Assembly (NCBI GenBank): GCA_949358305.1
Contig: OX442314.1
Span: forward strand, 3,224,001 to 3,288,000
Origin: Strigamia acuminata
Taxonomy: Eukaryota
Length of the DNA stretch: 64,000 nucleotides
Direction: 5' to 3'
This document shows positions 19,201 through 31,642 of the stretch, in pieces. A program made the position numbers and the translations under genes. The notes below the pieces were generated by a model. It was not told the origin of the DNA. It saw only the letters and a program-made list of their open reading frames with translations, and did not search any database. Position 1 is the stretch's first letter. Each line of letters opens with the position of its first letter.

Positions 19201-22200
19201 GCCTCCTGCGGCTACATCCGCCCCAGTTCCCAAACAGGTTCTTTCTGCGTCGACTTTGCAGTCACCTGTCCGGCATGTCACTTTTGCTGAGGAACTTGTT
19301 TCAACCTCTTCTCCCAAACCCCCGAAGGGAAAGTTGTCTGATTTGGAGCTTTGGCACCGGAGATTTGGGCATTTTAATGCCGACGGTATTCGTCACTTGG
19401 CGAAATCTCCGAATGCTTCCGGAATAGAAATTTCTACTTCCGCATTGCCAGCATGTGCTGTGTGTGCCCGCGCCAAATCCACCCGTGCTTCATTTCCAAG
19501 CATTAAGGAAGGTATTTCTTCCAAGAAGCCTTTAGATTTGCTTCATATGGATGTTTGGGGTCATTCGAATACCACATCCATCGATGGCGCTCGTTATTTA
19601 CTAACGATCGTAGACGACTTTTCCCGTTACTCCTTTGTTGTGCCCATGAAAACGAAGGGGGAAGTTTTCGAAGTTTTTAAGCTATTCCATGCTCGGATGG
19701 AGGTTTTATGGGGGGCTGGCTGCATTAAAGCAGTCAGGACTGATAATGGCATGGAATTTTGTTCCAGAAATTTCGAAAATTTCCTAGTCCAGCGCGGCAT
19801 CAAAGCACAGCGCACGAATGTCTACACACCCGAGCAAAATGGCGTCGCGGAACGCCTTAACCGCACCTTACTTGAGGGCGTGCGTTCCTTCTTTTTATCG
19901 ACGTCTTTGCCTCGACAGCTGTGGGCTGAGCTTGCGGTTACCGTGATTTATTTGAAGAACCGCTTCCCACATAAGTCTCTGAACAATCTTGTCCCCTATT
20001 GTCTGTGGTATGGCAAGACTGTTCCACTCAAACACCTTAAGGTGATTGGGTCACGGTGTTTCGGGCACATCCCGAAGCAAGTCCGCGGCTCGAAATTTGA
20101 ATCCCGAGCCTGGACTGGCGTCGTGGTTGGCTATGCTTTTCGCACGCGGGGTTATCGCGTGTGGTGCCCTAAGCGCAGAGAAGTTTTTGAGTCGAAACAT
20201 ATCCGTTTCGATGAGGAATGTATGTGGGGACATCCTCGTTTTTATGAGGGCACCGAAATCACCGATGAAGGTGCGATATCGGTGGAGCTCGAGCCGGATT
20301 TTGGTTCTGACCCAATTCCTCCTCCACTTCCTCCGCGTCCTCCTGTTGGTGGTCTTCCTCCACCTACAATTCCTCCTCCGCCTCCTCCTGGACTTCCACC
20401 TCCTGGACCTCCACCTCCTGGAATTCCACCTCCAGGTTCACCTATTGCTATGCAACCCCCATTGAGAGCACATCCTTTGCCTCCACCTCCTGTTCACTCG
20501 CCACTGCGTCAGCCTCCGCCTGGTTCTCCGGCTGTGGGGGGCAAGTGGACTCGATCTGAGGTGATTCGGCAGACTGGCGCGTCTATGGGTCACACTGATG
20601 TGTATTTTTTCCCGCCAGATCGTACCAGATTGCGGAGTCATGGCGACGTAGAGCGATATTGCGTTGACAATCGTTTAGCATACGATCGGAATTCCTTTGA
20701 CTTTAGCACCCGAAATGTGCCAGTTCAAATGGTTGATCCCCCACCGGTAGATCCTAATGTTTCTCTTCCACGCAGTCCTACGACTTCGGAAGAAGAAGCG
20801 TTTGCGGATTGCTATTCTACCGAACCACCACGGTACGCGCATTCCTTGTTTGCCCAGGTTCCTCGCACCTACAAGGAAGCTATTTCTAGCCCCGACCGTG
20901 TCCATTGGCAGAAAGCCATGGAGGAAGAGCTTGATCTCTTTCGTGAGCGAGGTGTTTACGAGGAAGTTGAAAAACCTCCTCCTGATGTAAACATTGTGGG
21001 GAATAAATGGGTCTACTACATCAAGCGTGATGCAGAAGGCATTGTGCGCCGTTTTAGGGCGATGTTAGTAGCTCAGGGTTTCAGCCAGAAGTACGGAGTT
21101 GATTATTCCGAGGTTTTCAGTCCCGTGGTCAACTACGTCTTGATACGCCTATTTTTTGTGCTTCTAGTAGTCGTTTTAGGCTGGCTAGACACACACCTTG
21201 ATGTCAAGGGTGCCTATCTTTATGGCAACTTGGATGAAGCCATTTTTATGAGGATTCCCAGGGGCTGGGAAACTCCTCAAAACACTGGAAAAGTGTGGCG
21301 GCTTCATAAGGCTCTTTACGGCCTTCATCAGAGCGGGCGACAATGGAATTTTCGTCTCGTTGAAGTCTTGTTGGAGATTAATTTTCACAAGCTTCTAGGT
21401 GTGAATGGCGTTTTCATTTCCGACACTTACGATGCCGTCATCCTGGTTTATGTCGATGACATGGTGTTATTCACCAAAGGACCCGGTCCTCGAGACCGAA
21501 CTGTTAAAGCCCTTCGTGGATTTTTCACGATAACAGATCTTGGTCCGGTATCGAAACTGCTAGGCGTTCAGTTTGATCGCGATGGTGGACGCATTTCCAT
21601 TCATCAGCGCGATTACATTGATCGGATTGCGGAAGATTTCGGAATCTCTTCCGAGCGTTTGTGCAGGGTCCCGATCACTGTTGGCACAATGGTGAATTGC
21701 GCTAGAGAGGGAGAACGTGTGCTGAACGACGACGAGTTCCCTTACCGTTCTCTCATTGGGTCGCTTTTGTTTCTTGCTTCTCGCACGCGCCCCGATATCC
21801 TCTTTCCGGTGATTTTGTTGTCCCAGTACAACACGTGCTTCACCTCAAAGCACGTGGCCCTTCTGCTTCAGGTTCTCCAGTATTTGAAGAACACGCGGAA
21901 TTATTCGATTTGCCTTTCCGCGGTCACTGGAGACATCCTGTCGGGGCACTCTGACGCCTCTTGGATCTCGGACCGAGATACAAGAAAGAGCTTCGGAGGA
22001 TTTACGATTTCGATTTTCGGGGTTCCCATCTCTTGGGGCTGCTGTAAGCAGCGCTATTGTGCTTTAAGCATCATGGAGGCCGAGTTTTTGGCACTTCTCG
22101 ATGGCGCAAAGGAGATCGTTTGGCTCCACGGCGCGATCGATCGGACCCGAATTTTCCGTTTGCCCACTCTGACGATGTTTTCTGATTCGTTGTCTACGAT

Positions 22201-22877
22201 TTATTTTACGAGGAATGACATCGAAAATCGTCGGACCAAACATATCGATGTGCGCTATTTCTTTTTGCGGGATTGGCTTACCGAGGGCGTTTTTGTTTTG
22301 CGAAAGATTTCCGGCGATTTAAATCCCGCCGATATTTTTACTAAGTTTTTCTCGCCTGCCCGTTTGCAATTTTTATGCAAACATTTTTTCCGGTAATTTC
22401 GATTATAGTTTTTCGAGTTCCCGCATTTGTGCATTTGTCAATTGGTTGATTCTGATTTTTATCACTGCTTGTTCTGTACCGCAACCAATTGGCTATCGAT
22501 ATTGTTTTCGGGGTTTTTGTGTTTCTTTTCGACGGAGATTTGTTTATTATCTCGGAGAATGGGGGGCTATTGTTGGGCTTTTTGTTCCCCGAGATGTTTA
22601 ATAGTTGTTTATTCTCGATGTTTACATTAATGTTTGATATTTATCTGTCTATTACTTTGTAAACATCGTTTTATGAATGGATCAAATGAGATCCCGTACT
22701 TGTGCTTTTGTTTTGTATAGATTTCGTTTATCGGGTTTTGTTTAACCCATATCTGTATCTCGTTTTATCATTGCCTTTGTTATTACTTACGTTTTCCTGT
22801 TTTTCAATGATGAGTGTGCTTAATAAAGCAGCTATGGATTTCTACACTTTTGCCTCTTTATTTCCGGACAATCTACA
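16238..22877 (+). mobile_element. Copia LTR retrotransposon B (MBD-bearing) nested at the start codon of Copia A
   Basis: 307-bp LTRs 16238-16544 and 22571-22877 (2 differences seen); TSD ATTAT; PBS TGGTAGCAGAGG; PPT GGGGGG. Confidence 0.96.
17879..22396 (+). pseudogene. Copia B Gag-PR-IN-MBD-RT-RH polyprotein with one in-frame TGA (18944-18946)
   Basis: CCHC knuckle, IDSGS, GAG-pre-integrase WHRRFGH, integrase DDE, YVDD, KHIDVRY; the two listed ORFs are in the same frame. Confidence 0.92.
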
Positions 22878-22880
22878 ATT

Positions 22881-25800
22881 ATGTCGAAGTCTACAGACGG
22901 AAATCCAGGACGTCTTCCCATCCTTAGCGTAAGAAATTACGAACTTTGGCAGCGCTCAATGCGCATGGTTCTCCGAAGCGAGGAGTTATGGGAACACGTA
23001 ACCGAGGAAGAGGAAGAGGAGTTCCTTAAAACAGCTGGAGACAAAGAGAAGAAGAAGTACAAGCGCCGTAAAGCCAAGGCATTAGGCTTGATATATTGTT
23101 CCGTGAGCGAGGCTAAAAAGTCAGCTCTCGATGATTGCAAAACCCCAAAGGAAGCATGGGACATTTTAGCCAACATTTATGCGCCATCATCTCGTGCGCG
23201 ACAGGCAGCCATGCGCCGCGAATTTTTAAATTTGCGCCTAGAGCAGGGCGAAGATATGGCCGACTTCTTAGGACGCGTTGACTATCATGTCCGCCAGATG
23301 AAGGATATCGGAGAGATAACTTCGCCTGATCATCATGCTTACCACTACTTGGACTTATTGCCTCGTGAATATTCACAAATTTCATTCACAACATATCACT
23401 TGCCCAACGGTGAATTTACACCAAAGAAAGTGGCTGAACAATTACTCTCAGAACATATGCGACTCAAAGCGACAGATTCACGCGATTTGGACAATTCGAA
23501 ACAATCACGTGCCTATGCTAGTGAGAAACAGCAACGTGGGAGAAATAGATCTCGACCCCCTAGACCGTTATCTTCGGTACAGTGCTTCAATTGCCAGGAA
23601 TTTGGTCATTATGCGAATAAATGCCCTTTACCACCTCGCCGAGATGACAAGAATCAATCATCAGCTTCTTTCCAACGGAAGCCCAGAAGTTCGAGCCGCA
23701 AACGCAACAAGAACTCAAACCGAGATGATTCTAGACCAAGGGGGAATTCTAGTGCAAGGCGAGAAACAAACTTTTTCGTCAATGCTCCTCAATCCATTCA
23801 GTTGCCGACAATTCACTTTATGCAGTCGCATGAGTGGATAGTGGATTGTGGGGCAACTGATCATGTGTGCCACGTCCAAGCATGGTTTCAAGACTACGTC
23901 AAGGTTGTGCCTTTCAATATTGAGTTAGGGCAAGGACATTCACAAGTCCTCGGGAGAGGCAAAGTGCAAATCTTGACGATAATAGATGGCGTGGAATGTG
24001 TAGTAAATCTCCGTGATGTGTTATATGCGCCGAACTTTGAGGCGAATTTAATTTCGGTTTCTAAAATGGACAAAACCAAGCATCACATCCACATTTATGA
24101 TGGAGCAGTATATGTTTATAAATTGGACATCAAACATCCGATGCTTAAAGCAAAAGAGAAAGGCGGACTGTATTACGTCGATGGATTGCGACCACCTTCA
24201 GTAGTGTCAACGGTGAATACGCCCATCTCTCAGCCGCCTGCTCCTGTTCGAACCCTTGTAACGGCAGAAGAGGATTTCATCAAATATCCGGAGGCAAAGA
24301 AGAAATCGAAAAATCCCGAACTTTTTACGGATTTTTGTCTTGAATTTCCTCCTTTGCCGAATAATATCCCTCCGCCTGTTCTCACCAACCAAGCCCAATC
24401 CAAGACACTTCCTGTACCTGTTCCCACCAATCCGATACCTCAAGTCCCATCCTTTGCCGACACATTAAAGGCAAATCCTTTGACTTCCCAACCGAATTCA
24501 AGTCCGAAACCGAATTCAAAAACGGTTAAAACAAAGCCGGTTGCAGTGCCATCGATTAAAAAGGATGCGACGGGCATTTGGCACAGCAGATTGGGTCACC
24601 TTCACACCAATGCTATGAAACTTTTGGCCGGAAACGAGCAAGTCTACGGAATGGAACCGGCAGAAGTGAACAAGGAACTTTCATGCAATCATTGCAGAAT
24701 AGCGAAATCCACTCGCATTTCACATAAACCGGATGAACATCCAATTTCCACTAAAGCTTTGGATCTCCTACACATGGACGTGTGGGGAGCATCAAGAACA
24801 ACTTCCTACGGTGGCGCGCGTTATGTGCTGACTATTATTGACGATGCCACGCGCTATGCCTGGATATTTCCGATGGCCAACAAGTCTCAAGTGCTCGGAC
24901 TTTTTAAAGATTACGTCACACGAATTGAGCGAGTGACTAATAAACGAGTAAAGGCCATCCGGACTGACCGAGGAGGGGAATTCATATCAAATGAATTTGA
25001 TCGATATCTCAGGGAAACTGGAATTCAGGCCCAGCGGACCAATCCCCATAGCCCCGCTATGAATGGCACAGCGGAGAGAATAAACCGCACAATGGCGGAT
25101 TACACGCGTGCTATTTTGGACGAAACTGGACTTCCAAATGAACTCTGGGCAGAATTCGCAGTAACGTTTTCATACGTAAAGAACCGGTGTCCTCATTCTC
25201 GTCTCAAAAATGAGGTGCCCTATATCCTGTGGCGACGACGTGCCCTTTCACTCCGACATCTTCGGAAGTTAGGCTCCAAGTGCTGGGTCCATCACATAGC
25301 GCCTGGCAGGGACAAATTGGATCCACGAGCTTGGGAGGGCTACTTAGTCGGCTATGCCACCACTACGCGAGGGTATCGCATCTGGAATCCGAAAGACAAT
25401 AAAGTCATTGAATCCATCCATGTCCAAATAGATGAGCGGCAATCCTACAAACGTTCCAATCATTACCGAGGTCCTCAGGAACCGTGGATGGGGCCAGATA
25501 TGGACCAAACGCATCAATCGTCGCAAACTTATCAACCATTGCGCATTTCACAGCCGCAAGTCAAGTTTAGTGACGAGTTACAATATACTGATTGGCCCAA
25601 ATTTCCGGATTCGGAAGATGAATGTGATACAGACTATGATTCGGACGACTCAATTCCGCCAGGCGCTCAAGCTCGAACACCACCTGGGTCTTCAATTAGG
25701 ATTCCAACACCTGTCCTATCTCCAATAATTTCTCCAGTGATATCTCGAGCGCCAAGCCCACTTATCACACCAGGTACTACGCCAACTCACACACCGCCAG

Positions 25801-27720
25801 GAACACCACCAGGTTCACCTCCAAGATTTGTGAACGCTCGTCGAGGTTCTCGTGGTAATGTACCACAAGCCCATCCAGTAGCACAGCATGGCCCACCTCC
25901 AACAGGGGCTGCAACTGCGTATAAGTGGCGTTACGTAGGAGGTGATTCCGAGTGTAGGCGCTGGAAAAGAGAGGAACATTTGCGTAAAGTGCAGGAACCT
26001 GGTAAATTGAAAACAGATGTCTATTATTTCCCAGAAGCAGGACTACGATTACGTTCTAGAGGTGATGTTGAAGAGTTCTGTCACATGAATAACATTCCTT
26101 ATGATCCCGAGTTATTTTATTTTGGCAACATGGAATACGAATTAGAAGATCTTCCATTACCACTTCCTAGAGTACACCTGTGTCGTCGTGATCCCACTAG
26201 TTATGCAGAGGCTGTAAGATTTCCGGATGCGACCAAATGGCAGGAGGCCATTAATGAGGAACTGGACACTTTCGCAAAGAGAGGTGTTTATGAAGAAGTC
26301 CCAAAACCGGAAAACACGAAGATATTGGGATGCAAGTGGCTCTTCAAACTCAAAGAAGATGCTCTAGGGAATCCAGCAAGATATCGCGCCAGATTAGTGG
26401 CACAGGGCTTCGGTCAAACGTTAGGAGTAGACTACGACGAAGTTTTTAGCCCCGTTGTCAACTTTGTTCTAATACGCTTATTCTTCTGCTTGCTAGTTGT
26501 CCTCAAAGGATGGAAGGATGCGCACTTAGATGTGAAGTGCGCGTACCTATATGGCGATCTTGCGCATAAAGTGTATATGCGCATTCCAGCTGGCGCAACC
26601 TGTTCTAATCCAAATCACGTATGGCTCCTAATAAAGTCGCTCTATGGTCTCCACCAGTCCGGGCGCCAATGGTTTGAAAAACTTGATCAAACATTGCGCA
26701 AATTAGGATTTCGCAAATTACCAGGATGCAACTGCGTATATATCTACGGTTTCTCCGCCGTGATGCTCATATATGTCGATGACAGTTTTATTTTATGCAA
26801 CTGATGGCATCCTGACTCAACTAATTGCCCTTATCAGCACCAAATTTGACATAGTGAATTTGGGTCCAATTTCGAAACTCTTAGGTGTAGAGTTCATACG
26901 CACTCCCAAAGGAATCTTTATCATCCAACGCACATATATACAGAAGATTCTCAAGAAATTCGAAATTGCTGTTGATAAACTCATCAAAGTTCCGGTGACA
27001 CCAGGGACAACGCTCGTTAAAGGGTCGAAGGAAGATTTGCCAGAGTTCCCCTATCGCTCACTAATAGGATCTCTTCTCTTCCTCGCTTCAAGAACGCGAC
27101 CCGACATATTATTCTCAGTGATAATGTTATCCCAGTTTAACAATTGCTACAATCACACTCACATCAAAGCACTCATGCAGGTTGTTCGCTACGTGGGAAA
27201 CACTGTTGATTACGCAATTGAACTGTCAAATTGTTCCAATGGATTACTCTGGGGATACACTGATGCGTCCTGGGCCACCGAGGTTAGCACGTCCTTAAGT
27301 TTTGGTGGCTATATAGTCTACATTGGGAATGTCCCCATCGGATGGAGTTGCCGAAAACAGACCAGCGTGGCGTGCTCAACGATGGAGGCCGAATTTGTTG
27401 CCCTCGTTGAGTGCGTCAGGGAACTCTACTGGCTGGATTATGTCTACAGCTCCGTCCCGATGCTGAATCGATTATCACGACCTATTGTGTTCTCCGATGC
27501 GCTGTCCTCCACACAGTTCACTTCTAATGACGTGGAGAACAGTAAAACGAAGCACATCCGAGTGAAATTTCATTGGATTCGAGAATGGTACACGGCAGGT
27601 GTATTCGAACTTCGAAAAGTGCCCGGATCAATGAACGTAGCAGATATCTTCACCAAATGGTTAAGTTCACCACAATTGCGTCTGCTAATTTCCCGGATCT
27701 TCAATTTCAACCTATCGTGA
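22881..27720 (+). pseudogene. Copia A Gag-PR-IN-MBD-RT-RH polyprotein, frameshifted just after YVDD (about 26785)
   Basis: ORFs 22881-26804 and 26773-27720 are consecutive parts of one Copia polyprotein. Confidence 0.92.
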
Positions 27721-28415
27721 CATTCTTATTTTAGTTTTTCCCGAATGTGAGGATCATCGAGTTCTAGTGGGAATTTTCGGGCTTTGATAGAGATTTGTAT
27801 AACAGTACCCGGCAAGATGATTCGCCTTATTGTTTTCCTTTATTATTTAAATATATTGTAAAGTTACATTTAGATTTTTCCCCAATTTCTTTTCTTGATT
27901 ATATGACTATTTGCCATCGAAGGGGGAAATTGTTGTTTTCCGATACCAAATAGTCCTCCGTATTCATTTCGTGTATTTACATTGTGTTTCTGCATCATGC
28001 AGTCTTTATAGTATTTATTTAGACTTTACTTATTGTTTAACATGAGGTATAATGCTGCCTGTATCACTTTTGTATCAGTTTAACTTTTCCAACACCAGAT
28101 GGTGTCATTCTATGTTTTTCACACATCCAAGATGTCCGCCTGCGTGTCTGCAGGTTTCTGCTTATCATTCTCGTCCAAATGGACTCCAATTTGTAAGTGC
28201 TTTTATTTATAATTAAATATTGTTTATTTTTTTTACATTCTTTTGTTGTATTTGGCCGCATATAAGCACGTTTAAACGTGCGGCGCCTCGTTGTTGTCAC
28301 GCCATTATCGGCGATAGTTTGCGCTCGCCATTTCGGCCGCGCACGTGTTATTTACACGGCGTTTACCGCTTCCACATGGTCAGTTTGACCACTTTGCGCC
28401 TCCTCCTCTGCTACA

Positions 28416-28675
28416 ATTACGTGGTCATTTTCATTTCCTAGGCCGTTAAAAGGCTGACCATTGTCCTTTCTGACTAACTTTCCCTTTATGAACAAGTAGC
28501 TTTTATGAGGATGAGTCCACACGTCTTCGTTCTGAATGATTAATCGTATTTCCGAGTTCACGTTATTCAAATCGGTTCCGATGATGGGATAATATTCGTG
28601 GTAGTTGTACGCCGTAACGGATTCATCGATCGCGAACGGCTGCTCGACGTCCAAATAATTTTCGGCGACTTGCAT
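28416..28675 (-). CDS. Major capsid protein, N-terminal part
   Basis: DES..YNYHEYYP, EIRLIIQNED and SYLFIKGKL motifs; continues as VITLTNNFVPFLFSNM after Copia removal. Confidence 0.9.
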
Positions 28676-28723
28676 CGTTGTTATTTTTTAATTACTTCAC
28701 GATTGACGTAATTAAAATTAAAA

Positions 28724-28894
28724 TTAAAAGGAATTTAAGTATTCCCGATTATCCGGTCGTAGTATCAAAGCGGATATATTTCCGTCTTTGATCGTCGCCG
28801 ACGCCGGTGTCTCGACTTTGGCAACGACGGTATTAAGCTTAGAAGGGGAAACGTGCCTCGTGTAATTATTATTATTATTAAAAATTAGCGGCAT
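28724..28894 (-). CDS. Small 56-aa ORF between the minor and major capsid genes
   Basis: MPLIFNNNNNYTRH...DNREYLNSF*; fills the intergenic space in the same orientation and is flanked by AT-rich spacers. Confidence 0.45.
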   Translation of the reverse strand: MPLIFNNNNNYTRHVSPSKLNTVVAKVETPASATIKDGNISALILRPDNREYLNSF

Positions 28895-28949
28895 GTTATT
28901 TTTTTAATAATAATAATAATAATTTTTTTTTTTAAATAATAATTAATAA

Positions 28950-29708
28950 TTATAATTTTTTCTTTCTCAAATGCAAACGTGCGGTGAAAATTTCTCCTCT
29001 GAGATTCAAAGGTTTATTGTCTTGATCGGTCAACCAGATCCTCACCTCGTGTATTTTGGATTGGGTTTTAACGGGCAAGTAAACTATATTGAACGGCATT
29101 TCGACGATCTTGAAACCTGGCGGCACGTTTGGAAAAAAAGCATAAATGATCGGCGCCGTCTTGCCGTTCTTGTAAGAGTCGGTGATGAGGTCGCAGTGTA
29201 CCAGGATAGTGTTGATATGAAATATGTTCACCGGATTAACCGATTCGCTTCTACCTTCGCCGTATTTCCTGGGTTTGAGACCGAATAATTTAGCCATACT
29301 TCTGTTGTGCGAAAAATTGGCCCCGTAACCGGCATCGCTAATCACTAACGACGTGGTCAGAGTATTATAATTGGCCACAATGTCGATGAAAGGCACGTCG
29401 TCTTTAATGTTCCAGTGTCCGCGGGCTTTCGTTTCGGTATGTATGTACGAAATAATGTCGGCGAGTTCGTAACACCCCACGAGAACGATGATGTTGTAGT
29501 TGACTATACCTATAATACGAGCGGGGTTGTTCGGGTCCACTTCGACGACGGAGTACTTGAACACGTTGTTGTCCGCGGTTATATTCGGCATCGTGTAAAA
29601 CGTCTCGAGGCTCACCAATCCCAATTCGTATTCGTCGTCGCCCAATATTAAAGGCGAGCTGAAAGTCGTGAGGAAGTCGGACTGCGTACTGCTTAGTACG
29701 ATGGACAT
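28950..29708 (-). CDS. Minor capsid (penton) protein
   Basis: YELGLVSL, PNIT..NN.F, VHCDLI..SY.NG, VPPGFKIVE and NLRGE motifs; ATG at 29708. Confidence 0.88.
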   Translation of the reverse strand: MSIVLSSTQSDFLTTFSSPLILGDDEYELGLVSLETFYTMPNITADNNVFKYSVVEVDPNNPARIIGIVNYNIIVLVGCYELADIISYIHTETKARGHWNIKDDVPFIDIVANYNTLTTSLVISDAGYGANFSHNRSMAKLFGLKPRKYGEGRSESVNPVNIFHINTILVHCDLITDSYKNGKTAPIIYAFFPNVPPGFKIVEMPFNIVYLPVKTQSKIHEVRIWLTDQDNKPLNLRGEIFTARLHLRKKKL

Positions 29709-29724
29709 GATGAACGATGTTTTT

Positions 29725-30906
29725 TTAATTCGCGAGAATTTTTTTTCGCATGTTCTCAAACTTGGTCTCGTCGACGATTCGCGCCTCTTTCAGTTCCGCG
29801 AGTATTTCCACTATTTCGTTGTCGTGAGACATGTTTCCGGCATCCCGCGATGCGAGCAACAGCCGCAGCCTGTCTATTAATTCGTTCGGGTCGTTGTAAT
29901 ATTTATAGTCTACTACGGAGTTGCGCGGCCGAAACGTTTTCGTTATACCTTTGCCAGCTTGGGATGTCTTCTTGTCAGCTTGGGGCGTCTTCTTTTCAGC
30001 CAGATGTATTTTGAACTGCTCCCAAATTGGTTTAACCACTTTCATGTACTTTTCTCCTTTACTAGCTTTGGGCTGATTAGTTGATGGATCATTATTTCTA
30101 TATATTGCTTTACTATTGACTAGTATCAAGGCATAATCGTTTATTGCGTCGTTATTGGCATATGGGTTCTTCGGAGGAGCTTTATTTACAAGGAATTCTA
30201 TTAAGGCGTCAGTCGCTTTGTACCGTTTATTTTTTACGACGACGTGGTCCGGGATAAATGTAATCTTTTCGGCTCCTATTTTAAACTTCTTGTCATTCTT
30301 ATCAAATCTGACCCCAAACACGGTGTCAACATTAGGTGCTCTTTCGGCATAATGTTTAATGAAACCTAGGTAATCCGCGGATAGCTTTTTTTCATCTTTT
30401 ATTTCCAATTCGAGACTTCTTCGTAAGTCTTGTTGATATTTTGTACTTTGATGTAAAGCCTCATCATCATCATCATCATCATCAAGATTGGACTCTCCCT
30501 CACTTCGAAATGAAACGTCTTCCTCCTCCTTGTTCACGTAAGAGTCGTCAAATGCTCGTTGGGGAGTTGCGAGTAGACTCGAGGACAAGCTTTGGCGTCC
30601 GAACTGACTTTTAGTGGCTGACCTTTCCCAATTTTTGACGGGTGTATCTAAGTCCATTTTTGACATTGCCTTCTTAGGCTCGCTTTTAAAGGGAGTGGAA
30701 GGTGACGATTTGAAGGTCATGGGTGGAAGAGCGGAAGGTTGTGTTGCTGACAATTGCTGCGGCAGGCTATGCAAAGCGGTCGTAACCGGTTTGAAGAACG
30801 CACCCAGCGCTTCATCTTCGGATCCGCGGTTTAGCTTATCTTGCAGAAACTTTTTTTTCAAGCTCCTTTTTAATTTTTCGTAATTTCCACGTTGTTGTTT
30901 ATTCAT
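29725..30906 (-). CDS. Conserved Polinton protein (PZ-like)
   Basis: FKPVT, DTVFGV and the C-terminal DPNELIDRLRLLLAS..AGN..HDNEI motif typical of arthropod Polintons. Confidence 0.75.
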   Translation of the reverse strand: MNKQQRGNYEKLKRSLKKKFLQDKLNRGSEDEALGAFFKPVTTALHSLPQQLSATQPSALPPMTFKSSPSTPFKSEPKKAMSKMDLDTPVKNWERSATKSQFGRQSLSSSLLATPQRAFDDSYVNKEEEDVSFRSEGESNLDDDDDDDEALHQSTKYQQDLRRSLELEIKDEKKLSADYLGFIKHYAERAPNVDTVFGVRFDKNDKKFKIGAEKITFIPDHVVVKNKRYKATDALIEFLVNKAPPKNPYANNDAINDYALILVNSKAIYRNNDPSTNQPKASKGEKYMKVVKPIWEQFKIHLAEKKTPQADKKTSQAGKGITKTFRPRNSVVDYKYYNDPNELIDRLRLLLASRDAGNMSHDNEIVEILAELKEARIVDETKFENMRKKILAN

Positions 30907-30916
30907 GTTTATTTTT

Positions 30917-31585
30917 TTAAAACGGAAAAAATTTATTCTTATATCTCCCGTTCGTCATGGACTTGGTTTTGTCGATCGTGAGAAAGCCGAACGTGTCGTG
31001 ATCCCAACACGATTTGCACGCGTCTTTGAAGCGAACGTACGTCATGTCCGTGCCAACGTGGTTGTCGTAAACGTGTTTCATGTTTTTTTCGTCTTGTCTG
31101 AACATGATTATTAAATTGGCGTTGTCTCTTATCACCTGTTTTGGGATGCGGCTGTAAGTTTGACACAAGTAGAAGCAATCTACGTTACTATGACGACCCT
31201 GGGCAAAATATTTCTCGATGTTACGTTGCGTGTCGGTCATGACGTCGTCGAACACGAAAATGGTCTTGTTCACGTTTTTATCGAACACTTGTTCGGGAGG
31301 CGGAACATCCTCGTTGCTCGGGAAAAAATGTGCCACTCGTTCGCCCAATTCGGACTCCAGTTCGTCGAACATTTGTCTTAGCCGCTCGTACTTTGGTTGA
31401 AATAACGTCCTGGAAAATATCATCAGTTTATCGAAACGTAACTAGTGCAGGAAGTTTAGCAACAGGTTCGTTTTGCCGCATTCGGCCGGACCACACACGA
31501 TGCACCTGATGCTTTTAGGTAAAATGGAATTGTTTTTCTTTTCGTGCTTGTCCGAATGCCCGGTGTCAAAATTAATAACGTTCAT
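30917..31585 (-). pseudogene. A32/FtsK-like packaging ATPase with a premature TAG (31442-31444)
   Basis: Walker A GPAECGKT upstream of the stop, Walker B IFVFDD and GRH...FYLCQ; the frame is the same on both sides of the stop. Confidence 0.92.
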
Positions 31586-31642
31586 ATTTTTTTATTTTTT
31601 TATATACGTATATAAATATATATTTTATATGTATTTTATATA

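Larger units (their letters stand above)
14867..28415 (+). mobile_element. Copia LTR retrotransposon A (MBD-bearing) inserted in the MCP gene; contains nested Copia B
   Basis: 485-bp LTRs 14867-15351 and 27931-28415 (2 differences seen); TSD ATTAC; PBS TGGTAGCAGAG (3' end of tRNAi-Met); PPT GAAGGGGGAAAT. Confidence 0.96.
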
